Positions 1-9,871 of a stretch of DNA of 64,000 nt are shown here, piece after piece. The number at the start of each line of letters is the position of its first letter. Positions within the stretch are counted from its first letter, which is position 1. The notes under the pieces were generated by a model. That model was not told the DNA's origin. It was given only the letters and a program-made list of their open reading frames with translations, and ran no database searches. This DNA is from Chlamydiales bacterium (GTDB lineage Bacteria > Chlamydiota > Chlamydiia > Chlamydiales > JAAZZY01). The DNA lies in assembly GCA_965206695.1 (NCBI GenBank), contig CBDBKM010000011.1, positions 1 through 64,000 on the forward strand, in the 5' to 3' direction. The position numbers and the translations under genes are program-made.

Positions 1-11
1 ACAATGTTTCG

Positions 12-74
12 ATGTTGTATGCCGGTTGGTATATGTTGTATGCCGGTTGGTATATGTTGTATGCCGGTTGGTAT
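12..74. repeat. Three perfect tandem copies of a 21-bp unit (ATGTTGTATGCCGGTTGGTAT)
   Basis: Units at 12-32, 33-53 and 54-74. The minus strand reads IPTGIQH x3, possibly the N-terminus of a frameshifted gene starting at ATG 93 and running off the window. Confidence 0.9.
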
Positions 75-491
75 ATTATTAAAAGTAACTCATAAAATTT
101 AATTTGCCCTATTTTGTGTTTATATAATATGCTATAAGAAGTAATTATAATTTTTATTTGTTAATTCTTTATTAAGAAGAACTATTTGTTTGATAATTTA
201 CTACGGTTAATGAAGGCGGCTAAACCGCGTATTATGAATTAGTTATATATTTAATAGATCAACATTTCACAGATATCTGATTTTTTAATAAATCTTAAGA
301 AAAACAAATAATTTCTTTGACTAAATGAAGTTTATTCAGCTTGTTTACAATAAAGTACAAGAGACCTTAACAGATAGTGAACTATTTTTTAATAAAAAAA
401 ACTAATTAGTTATTGAAAATATTTATATTAACAAATATTTATTTATAACATATTCGTAAGTCAGTTTACAATAAATAAAGGAGTAAAAAAA

Positions 492-1026
492 ATGAGTACT
501 ATACAGTTTTCTCAAAATATAACAAAAGATGATTTATGTGCTATATGTCACGAGCATGATATTCGCTAGTAAATACGTTGAGCATACTTCAGGAGCAGGA
601 TACCTGCACCCGCTACATCAAAAACGCCTTTCCGCATGAGCAGAAACTCGACAAGAGGAGAGAGTAGATTGCATCTTCTGTAAAGTGCCTATTTCTAAAA
701 GAAGCATTTATATACTAGAAGTTAACGAAAGAATAGAACGTCTTCGTGATGAGCAAGCTACCTAAAAAGAACTCTTAGAAGAATTTAGTAACTTTACTGA
801 CGCAAGACTAGAAGGTTTAGGATTACTAAAACATCATAACGAAATGCGAGAATATATTAACGAATTAGAAGGACAGATTAAGGAATTAAAAGAATCGATT
901 AACCCAATGCAAGAACGACATAACAATCCAATTCCTGTTGCTACTAATTGGGTGTTGATATCTGGTATAGCGTTATCAATTATTGCTGCAATATCTATGG
1001 CATCTTATGGGTTTTATTCCACTTGA
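492..1026 (+). pseudogene. Decayed RING-like zinc-finger protein with coiled coil and C-terminal TM segment
   Basis: AAGGAG RBS and ATG at 492. Reads CAICHE, then after a +1 shift EHTSGAGYLHPLHQKRLSA*(W position, TGA 637)...DCIFCK. In-frame TAA at 763, then continues into ORF 844-1026 with a hydrophobic tail. Confidence 0.6.
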
Positions 1027-1340
1027 ATATAAATCTAAGTGGTATAAAAGAAATTTCATACTCGCTAATCCAGCATATACTAGTATGACTTGTTCTTGCT
1101 GTGGGTTTGTACTCAACAGGTTGGGTCTTAATGTGCGCCTGTGGCGTTGTTTTAATTGCAACGCGAAGCATCATAGAGATGTTAAGCTTCCGGAAATATT
1201 TTATCCACTGCAAGGAGTGCAGGTAGTGCCTGTGGGGCATCATACAAGCCGAAAGTAGCTGCTTAGCAGTAATGATAGGGATGTGTTGAAACAGGAAAAG
1301 CGCAATAAGAAAACCCGCACGATGCGGGTAGTTGAGTCAA
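1022..1340 (+). mobile_element. tnpB: IS200/IS605-family remnant: TnpB C-terminal zinc ribbon plus right end / omegaRNA-like region
   Basis: LEYKSKWY...PAYTSMTCSCCG...WRCFNCNAKHHRDV. Downstream GCCTGTGG...GTTGAAACAGGAA, hairpin ACCCGCA-cga-TGCGGGT (1313-1329), terminal TCAA (1337-1340). Confidence 0.75.
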
Positions 1341-1356
1341 TCAACGGTTTCGAGTG

Positions 1357-1886
1357 TTAGCCGCCGTCTCCGAAGATATTTGAACTTTGTAGATCTGCCT
1401 CTGGAGCGCCTTCAGAGACCTCTCTTATGGGTATAGCGACTTGAGCGGATAATTGTTGAATCAAAGCTTTTCATCTTGCTCTGATCCATTGCAATCGCGT
1501 TTAAAGTACTACCGGGTACTTGAGACATGTATCTTTGGAATACTTCTGGATTCTCACCGGATAATATCCACAACAAATCAGAACCGGGTGGTACTTCTTG
1601 TCTAGGTGCTATGGGAGATGCTTCTTGTTGTTCAAGTGTAGATATTTGAAAATTTAATTCATTAGTTATCGTTCCATCATCTAATCCTTTTTTAACTAAT
1701 TCAGCCTATTCTTCTAATATTCTGTCTAATATTTTCTAAAGGATCTACTGTATTTGCAATCATTGAGCTGATTGATTATGAAAGTTCTTCATTAGAAATA
1801 TTTCTCATGATAGAGGGTTTGTCAAGTTGTTCTTGAAAGCCGGGAGAATATGGCACTTGATGTTCCTGTTTATGTTCATGTTCCAT
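1357..1886 (-). pseudogene. Disrupted hypothetical protein, possibly phage-like
   Basis: Coding-like text from ATG 1886 with an internal TAA and a frameshift (…DLLWILSGENPEVFQRYMSQVPG…ADLQSSNIFG), ending at TAA 1357. The final residues resemble the start of a KTSC domain (weak). Confidence 0.4.
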
Positions 1887-2130
1887 CCTTGGTTATTAGC
1901 GGTAATAAAGTGTCAGATTTTAAATGTTTATCTAAATTAAGGCTATTTAAGACTTTATCTTTAGGAAGATCAAAAAGTTAGAGAGTTTGTTAATGGGTAT
2001 TTGTTCAAAAATGCCGTAATATTGCCGTAGTGCATTCTTTCCTTAAATTACCCAAATCGGGCCAATGAACACGTGTTTTTGGTCAGTTTTTGAGTGTCGA
2101 TTCCGTTAAATTTGCGGAATTATCATCAAA

Positions 2131-2449
2131 AGACTTCTGCATAACTGATTCCTGATAAGGAATTTTTAAAAAATTCATTGATTGTCTATACTTTTCTTTC
2201 ATTTATTTTGGAAGGTTGAATGATGAGCCGTTTTTGTATTATGGGTGCCAAGCATCGCATAGGTGCTAAGAATTGTTTGCAACAATTGAATCCGTTCATT
2301 GATTGGCAACCCGGTCGATCCTTACTAAAAGGCATACATAAAAATGAAATTAACCTTCAATGTGCCCCCAAAGCCTAATTATTGGGTCAATAGCAGAACT
2401 GAAGCGACCCTGCTTTAGAAGAAACCTTAAGAGTTCGTTTGGACTTTAT
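2131..2449 (+). mobile_element. IS5-family left-end remnant, truncated by an IS701 derivative
   Basis: End AGACTTCTGCATAACTGA, also seen at 50519. Decayed transposase text LNPFIDWQ…SDPALEETLRVRLDFI. Confidence 0.7.
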
Positions 2450-2795
2450 CAGGAGTTTCGTGCGTAAGCGCTAACACATAGCCAAAATATGTTTCATATT
2501 TAAAGTAATAGCGGGCTTTAACATGTCCCAATCTTGTTGATAATAAAGATATTTTATCTCGCCTCCTTTGCTTAAATCTGTGTAACCAAGCATAAATAGA
2601 CATAAAAATATGATTTCGTTAGACATAAAAATATGATTTCGTTGCGCTCGTGCGTTACGAGACTGCCGGCGCTCCAGGCCACAAGTTTGTTTCAATTTCC
2701 TACGATAAACTTCTATTTTCCAACGAATCTTTATGCTTTTTTCAATGTTATTACGACCGGGTTCTTCAATAGACTTCTGTAGCACGAAATTCCTG
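2450..2795 (-). mobile_element. Internally deleted IS701-family element (MITE-like)
   Basis: TIRs CAGGAGTTTCGTGC / GCACGAAATTCCTG. Encodes RWKIEVY.RKLKQTCGLER.QSRNARAQRNHI. Homologous to 11708-12747. Confidence 0.8.
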
Positions 2796-3070
2796 CTGAC
2801 GTCTCTTTTTGGTATATATTGAAAGAAAATGCTCAAAAAAATTATGAATTTGATAACGTTGAATTTATGGTTTAACATAAAAGCCATACCTAAAGACCAA
2901 GAGGCTCATTTAAAAGGTTTTTAAATAAATTGAATCAGATCAAAGATTAAATCTTAATCAGGGCTTCAATAGGTCCCCTAAATGTTATAAGCTAGAAATA
3001 AAAGTGTTCACAAAAATTAACGATTGATTAATATCGTTAATTCTTTAGTCATTCATCAAAGAGGCACTTT

Positions 3071-3661
3071 ATGTTCTTAAGGGTTCTTCTCATAATTCCG
3101 GTTGTATTATTTATCACCGGTTGCCAATTCGTTAAACGACCAATTGATTCTCATATCGTAATGTCCGAGAGTGTCGAACGCCCGGCTCCGGCTCAAAAAG
3201 CAGATAAAATTATTTATGAAGAGCCCTTAATAATGGAACATTTGCCTGAAATAGCTAAAGCTTCTCATGAAGAACCTCAGATTGCTCTTCAAGATGATGA
3301 CGTAGAATTAATGCCGGGAAAAGCTATTGCTGAAAAAGCTCATGAAGCATCTCCGATACAACAACATATTCCTGCCGTTGCTTATGAAAGAGCTCTGGCA
3401 TTATCTAAAGAGTCGCAAGAAAACATGGATGAATTTGTTAAAGCTCAAAATAATCAAGATGGGCAACACGTTGTTAATCATAAAAAAGAGCCCGTTAAAA
3501 ATAAGCCAACAACACTGACTTTGTCACCACAACAGAAAAGAGTGTTAGAGCTATCTAAAAAATCTTCTCGATTAATACAAGAGTATGAAGAAAAGCGACC
3601 GGAAAGAAATGCGCTTGTAAAAAAGGTTTCTGAAAATCAGAACATAGGAATGCAACCCTAA
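3071..3661 (+). CDS. Hypothetical lipoprotein
   Basis: 196-aa ORF, GAGG RBS, signal peptide with lipobox ITG-C. Confidence 0.7.
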   Translation: MFLRVLLIIPVVLFITGCQFVKRPIDSHIVMSESVERPAPAQKADKIIYEEPLIMEHLPEIAKASHEEPQIALQDDDVELMPGKAIAEKAHEASPIQQHIPAVAYERALALSKESQENMDEFVKAQNNQDGQHVVNHKKEPVKNKPTTLTLSPQQKRVLELSKKSSRLIQEYEEKRPERNALVKKVSENQNIGMQP

Positions 3662-3688
3662 AATTTTTTTTGAGGGATTAGAACGTCT

Positions 3689-3987
3689 TTAACAGATCCT
3701 GGCCTTCAAGGGAAGGGATTCCTAATTCAACAATCACTGCCCGGGAAACGAAGCTCGGTGTTCGCAATAAAAATTCCCAAAAGGGAACTTTTCCGGTCTT
3801 CAACCAACCCATGTTCCTCAGGTCTGATATGATTTCCAAAAGCTTAACTTACCGATATGCCCAACGGTAGATCTAACAGACAGGAATAATATACAAAATA
3901 TGAGAATTAACACGAATACGGAATAAAACTTTAATCGAGACACCCTCATCCCAATACTCAAGCAAAGGGTTTTCTTACTTAATTGTC
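3689..3987 (-). mobile_element. Non-autonomous IS200/IS605-derived element (~300 bp) with left end, omegaRNA-like scaffold and right end, no ORF
   Basis: 3689-3870 shares blocks with the tnpB 3' region and right end at 17232-17345 (AAGGGAAGGGATTCCTAATTCA; CCAAA.GCTTAA.TTACCGA). 3945-3987 matches the left-end copies at 54479 and 56622-56694. TTTAT flanks the left end on the minus strand. Confidence 0.8.
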
Positions 3988-4061
3988 ATAAACCGTTTTA
4001 TTAAAAATTTATTTTTCTATACAAAGGTTTTAATACTTAATTAGCTACATGGAGTGTATGG

Positions 4062-7000
4062 ATGAGGTCTTTTGGGTTATGGTGCATAATATGCGCTTTT
4101 ACCCTCCTATCTTATGAATATGTATGCGCTTTGCCTCAAGGGGCAGAGGTCGTGCATGGAGATGTTCATATTTCTCAATATGGCACACAAGCTATTATCG
4201 ATGCGTCTCATAATAGTATTATCAATTATCAAAGTTTTGATGTCGCTGCTCATGAACAGGTAACATTTATTCAACCTGATAGCCATTCAAGAGTATTAAA
4301 CCGTATACAATCTGCTACTCCTACTCACATAGATGGTTCTCTTCAATCAAATGGGATTATTTATTTGGTTAATCCGGCAGGTATTATTTTCTCGGAAAAT
4401 GCGGTTATCGATGTAGGAGCGATTATTGCTGCTGCGGCCGGTATAAGTGATCGAATGTTTACTTTAGGGATTGATACGTTTACCGACCTATCATCTGAGG
4501 TTACGCATAGGGGACAGATTCATGCTAAAGATTTTGTTTATTTTATCGGTAATAAAATTATAAATAGTGGGAATATCATAACAGATGGAAAAGTTTCTTT
4601 ATTCGTTGCCGAGAAAAATCAGCTTTTAATCGGTAAAATAGAAGGGCATACTTTTTTAGCAATAAATTCTAATATAGAGATACCCGATGATGATCTCATA
4701 AGTTCAAAGGATTTTTATTCATTAGCTATCCAACACTCCGGAAAAATAAAAGCTTCAGAAGTTGTGTTACATGCTTTTGATTCTAATATTGAGCTCCAAG
4801 GCAGTATTGATGTAACACATGGTCTTTGTGCCGCTGGAAAGAAAAGATCTCTTTGTACAAACCGACCCATAACCGGGCCACAAAGTGATCCCTCTGATAT
4901 TACCTTCATTAATAAAATAGGCGGAAACATCTCAATTTTTGGCAAGAGGGTGAATATTAAAAATGCAGAATCTCATAGCTAATGGAGATTTAGGAGGAGG
5001 AAAAGTATTAATAGGGGGAGATTATCTAGGTATTGGTGATTATGAAAATGCTTTGTTCACTAAGATCGATGCTACATCTACATTGCAAGCTAAAGCTTTG
5101 AAGAAGGGTTCCGGGGGAAGGGTTATTGTTTGGTCAGAAGCTTTCACTCATATTACCGGAACTATCGACGCAAGGGGAGGTGAATTCGAAGGCCCCGGTG
5201 GTTTTATAGAAACCTCTTCCAAAGGTAGATTGGATGTTGGAAATGCAAATATAGAATTATCAGCTCCGAATGGAAAAGGAGGGACCTGGCTATTAGATCC
5301 CGGTAGTGCTTTTATTGTAGCCGGCGAATCCGGTGGCGTATTAGAAGATGTTGAAACATTTCCACCACTTAACGGCCCGGATATTTCATTAGATGTGGAT
5401 CTGATAAATAATTTTTCCGGCGCGACTCTATTAATCGCTGCTGTTGATACTTTAACAGTTGAGAATGGCGCTATCATCAATGTCACAAAAACAGATTTTG
5501 AATTAACACTATATGGTGGCACTGAAGTTATTTTAAGCGATAATATTTCGATTCCTTCCGGAAGGTTAAAATTACAAACAGCTACATCAGGAAAGGTTAC
5601 AACGAATAAAGCAGATGATACTCAAACATTTATTTTGCATGGTTTGGCTGTTACTGCTCCTGATTTTATAATGGAAAAAAATTTATTTTTTATGATGGGC
5701 GGAACCGCTCCTAATGTCTCTTTTAGTGGAAATTTTCAAGGTTTCTCGACGAGTGTTCCGGCGCAAGTCTCTTTTATTAACAGCTAAGCCGGAGTCTCCC
5801 GGAAATGTAACGATTTTAGGCTCGGTTGCTAATCTATCCGGCTTTGATTGTGCTATGGGGTTTTACCGCGACTACCGGTTTTACGGCAGTAGCGCCTATA
5901 TTTACGGGATCAGGTTCCGTAAATTTATTTGGAGGCACTACTATTACAGGAGTAAGTAGCTTCACTAACACCGGGGGTGTTTCTATAAATGCGAAAATTT
6001 CAGAAACGGCTCAGTTTAATCGCCCTTTAACGACCGTTACTTCACCGATTACAACCGTACAGGGACTTCTTAATATTGGAGGAGACTTCACTATTATGGG
6101 CCTGACTCTTACAGGTAGTACGACCATCAATGTTGGGACAGATAGTGTTATTGTAGGAGGGAGTATTATGCAAGGGAAGCGATCCGGCAGATTTAACGAT
6201 CAATACGACAGAGGCATTGAGTGTTACAGCATCTGTTCTGGTTACGGGTTTTAGCACAACAGCTAGCTCTACAACCTTTAATGACTCCACTACGATGATT
6301 GGGGCTATTAGTGCAGGTGATGTGACCTTTCAAGGAACGGGTAGTGTTAGCTTATTAGGAGGAGGGAATATAACGGGTACGGCTACTTTTACGAATACCG
6401 GGGGTGTCACTTTTGGTAATGCCGATGATGTCACTATTAACTTTCCGGGAGCGTTAACGACAACAACTTCAGCTACCACCGATGCAAGAGGTACTATTAA
6501 TGCAAATGGGAATATTTCTCTTGCAGCTTTAGATCTAAATGGGAACACAACTTTTAATACTAATGGGAATACCTTCTCAGTTACAGGTGCTATTACTCAA
6601 TCGAACTCCTCTAATCTAGTTATTGATATGGCCACACCATTAATATTTCCTGCTGATGTTACGGTTAACAGCTTTAATACGAACGCACCAAGTGTCACTT
6701 TTTCTACTAACGTTACGATAAATAGCGCTATATCAGCGACTAATTTTACTGCGAATGGAGCCGGCTCTAGTGTCAGTCTCTTAGGAGGAGGTACTCTTTT
6801 AGGAAGCACTACGATGACCAATACAAATGGTGTAACGATTGGAAATTCGGATTCAGTTAGCTTAAGCATAGCAGGAGTACTAAATACAACTTCTTCAGCA
6901 ACGACAAATTTAGGAGGAGGTCTTATCACGAGTGGTGCGATTAATATGGCGATTCTAAATATCACGAATGATGCAAGTATTGACACTACCAACAATGCCT

Positions 7001-9504
7001 TCTCCATAACGGGTAATCTTACAAATGCAGATGATACATCTTTAGAGATTGCGACCGGTTCGGGTGCAATGACATTTGAAGGTAATGTAGATTTAAACCA
7101 TCTGACATTGACCTTGACAGGTGCTTTAACTTTTGGTGGTACCGTATCGGTAGGTAAGTTTATCACGACGGCAAGTTCCCTCACCTTTAATGACAGTGTA
7201 ACGGTTACAGGTATTATCAATGCCGCTAATTTAACGTGTAATGGCGCAGGCTCAGTTGTAACTTTTAATCAGGGAGGAACCTTAACCGGCACGACCACTT
7301 TTACTAATGCCGGAGGTATCACCCTAGGGACAGTTGATTCATCGAGTTTTATTATTGCAGGGGCCTTAGATACCACTTCTTCAGCAACGACTAATTTTAG
7401 AGGTAGTGTAACAACGATTGGTGCTATAACCCTACCTATTTTAAACCTGACGGGAAATGCCGTTTTTAATACCGGGGGAGCTGCAGCTGCGAACTTTACT
7501 GTTGCCGGTGGTATTAATAATGCCAATGTGAATTTGAGTATTAATAGTGGTCTTGGAGATATTGGCATTACAGGTGCTGTCGTATTAAATAATGTTTCAT
7601 TAGTACAGACAAATACTAATAACACTGATTTTAACAATGGGGTGACAGTAGATAAGCTTACCGCTACGGTTTTTAATCTAAGATTTCTAGATGATGTAAC
7701 GGTTAATGAACCTCTTATTGTGACAGGTGATATATCTATGACGGGCGCAAATGTTAGTTTGTTATCGGATGTCATGGTTGTAGGTGAGGCAATATTTGGT
7801 AATACGACAACTATTTTGGGTAGTAATGCTAATAATAGATTTTCTTTTAATGGGGCTAACCCGGTCTCAATACTAGGAGCCGGAGGGATTACAACACAAG
7901 GTTTGTTGCAAACAGACAATCAAGTTGTGAATTTAGGTGCTTTAACTTTAGCAAGTGCTTTCAGAGTCGTAACAGGTTCAGCAGATGCTAACTTCAACCC
8001 GGCAATCACGGGAGCAAATGAACTGGCTGTCAATGCCGGTACAGGCAACATAATGTTTGGGACTGTAGGCACTCTTGGCACGCCTCTTGAATCTTTAACG
8101 GCTCATGCTTCTCAGATTAATTTAGGAGGGGATGTCTTTACTTCAGGAAATAGTGTTCTTTTAGTTGGGACCACTCTTCTCAATACTAACATTACAATAA
8201 ATGATCAAGGATCGGGTGTTCGCTTCCAAGGTGATTTAGGTGGCGATATTGCTAATATACGCACTCTTATTTTAGAGGTTCCGAATGGGTCGATAATCTT
8301 TTCTAACGGGGCTTTAGGGGGAGCTAATCGATTAGCTTCTGTTACTGTCAGCAATGCAGCAAGCCTTGTCAGTGGATCCACTTTTAACGTCGGTACTTTT
8401 ACCTATAATAACTTGGCGAATAACGCCACAGTGAATTTTTCTGCTCTAGACACCACAGGTGTTACAGGGGCAGCAGGAGGTGCTGTCACCATTAAAACAG
8501 GAGGCGCTATTTCATTTTCATCCGATATCACAACAGTAGGTGGGCTTGCCGCTCCTAATGGACAAGATGGAGGCTTAGTTGATATAGAATCCGGTTTAGG
8601 TTCTATTACCATAGCTAGTATCAATTCATCCGGTAGCAATGGAGGGGTCAATCCCGGAGGGAATGCCGGCACAATTAGCCTGCAGCCTAATCGGAATATG
8701 ACAACAGGAAGGTTGCCTATAGGTCAGTTAATTATTTTGAATGATTTGATAGTTCAAGGGGGTACAGGTACACCCGTAGGGACAGATGCCAATATTAGTT
8801 TATCCGCAACAGGTAGAGATATTCCATTATTAGTATCAACCATACATGGTAATCCTAATGGTAGTAATCTTTTATTAAGAGGAGGTAGCTTAACCATTGG
8901 TATTAATGAAGCGATTACGATCTTAGGGGATTTGAATATTGATGTTGGAGCAGGCGCAATTACCTCTTTAGGAGATATTGTGACATTAGGGGATCTCAAT
9001 ATTACTGCGGGTATTGTCAATGTACAAAGACATGCACCAAGTATGATTCTATCTAGTAATGGTATCCTGTATAAAAACCCGAATACACACTTTTTAGTTA
9101 TAGGTAGCACTTCTCCTTTTACACCCCCTACTCTAATGGATAATGGAGCAGATCCAACATTTTCTTCACTTGGTTTATCCGGTATTTTCAAAAATATGTT
9201 TAAAAGAGCATTGGTAACGAGCGGTTTTGTTTTAAATTTTAGCATCGATACGATTGCAAACCCTGCGCAAACGGTAACTGCTATATTTGGGCCAAGGCCG
9301 GTTCAAATAAATGAGATTGGATTTGAAGAGCTACCCCTAGCATTTACAGAAGATAGCGAAATACAACCTATTCGTTTAGATGAACAGAATGAAACCGGAA
9401 AAGAAAACTTGACGCAATCGGAAGAATGGAACTGTTTCGATCTAACAGGTTTTAGGCTTGAGAAGTCTAAAGAACAGGATAAGGCTTTATTTGTTTATTT
9501 TTAG
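4062..9504 (+). pseudogene. Filamentous haemagglutinin / TpsA-family beta-helical adhesin, split by four +1 frameshifts
   Basis: Signal peptide, TPS domain (IINYQSFDV…VLNRI…IDGSLQSNGIIYLVNPAGIIF), GGRVIVWS…GGFIETSS…GTWLLDP, G/T/N-rich repeats. Frame changes near 4968, 5770, 5860 and 6175 link ORFs 4062, 4963, 5714, 5826 and 6217. Confidence 0.85.
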
Positions 9505-9559
9505 GTGATTTTAAGCTTATCCCGGCGATTTACTACTGCAAGCCGGAACATTTGATAGA

Positions 9560-9710
9560 ATGTAGACATCGCTATCCTTCAATTTAAACAAACATTTGGG
9601 CAATGAAGCACTAATAGACGTTTTAAATTAACGCTAATCGCCTGCATAAAGGCCGAAAATTGGTTTTTAGCCATACCTCGATAACGGACGCGCTGATAAT
9701 CCCAACATTA
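9560..9710 (-). mobile_element. IS5/IS1182-type transposase C-terminal fragment
   Basis: Minus strand reads QRVRYRGMAKNQFSAFMQAISVNLKRL. Confidence 0.6.
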
Positions 9711-9871
9711 CCTATAGACCTCAAAATAGTTAGTATTTAACAGAATAAGGTTTATATAATATAGTTACAGTAATTTATTTATTTCTTAATATAATATTAA
9801 ACAATTATTTGTATAATTATTTAATATAAACAAGATTTAAATAATATAAACAAGATTTAAAGGATTTATTT

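Noticed and set aside
12..74. 21-bp repeats as a CRISPR array
   Set aside because: The copies are directly adjacent with no spacers and no cas genes. This is a simple VNTR.
637..639. TGA at a conserved Trp position suggesting genetic code 4
   Set aside because: Intact genes such as scpA and rodA terminate at TGA, and the same gene has other lesions. It is a nonsense mutation.
2471..2887. 138-aa ORF with an apparent signal peptide
   Set aside because: Chimeric read-through from flanking DNA into the IS701 MITE, not a real gene.
4715..9245. Long antisense ORFs opposite FHA1 (and 57761-60790 opposite FHA2)
   Set aside because: These are shadows of Gly/Thr/Asn-rich codon usage, with no RBS or motifs.
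9822..9860. Tandem 19-20-bp duplication upstream of the repeat-protein gene as an operator
   Set aside because: It is an AT-rich exact duplication with no second instance, more simply explained by slippage.
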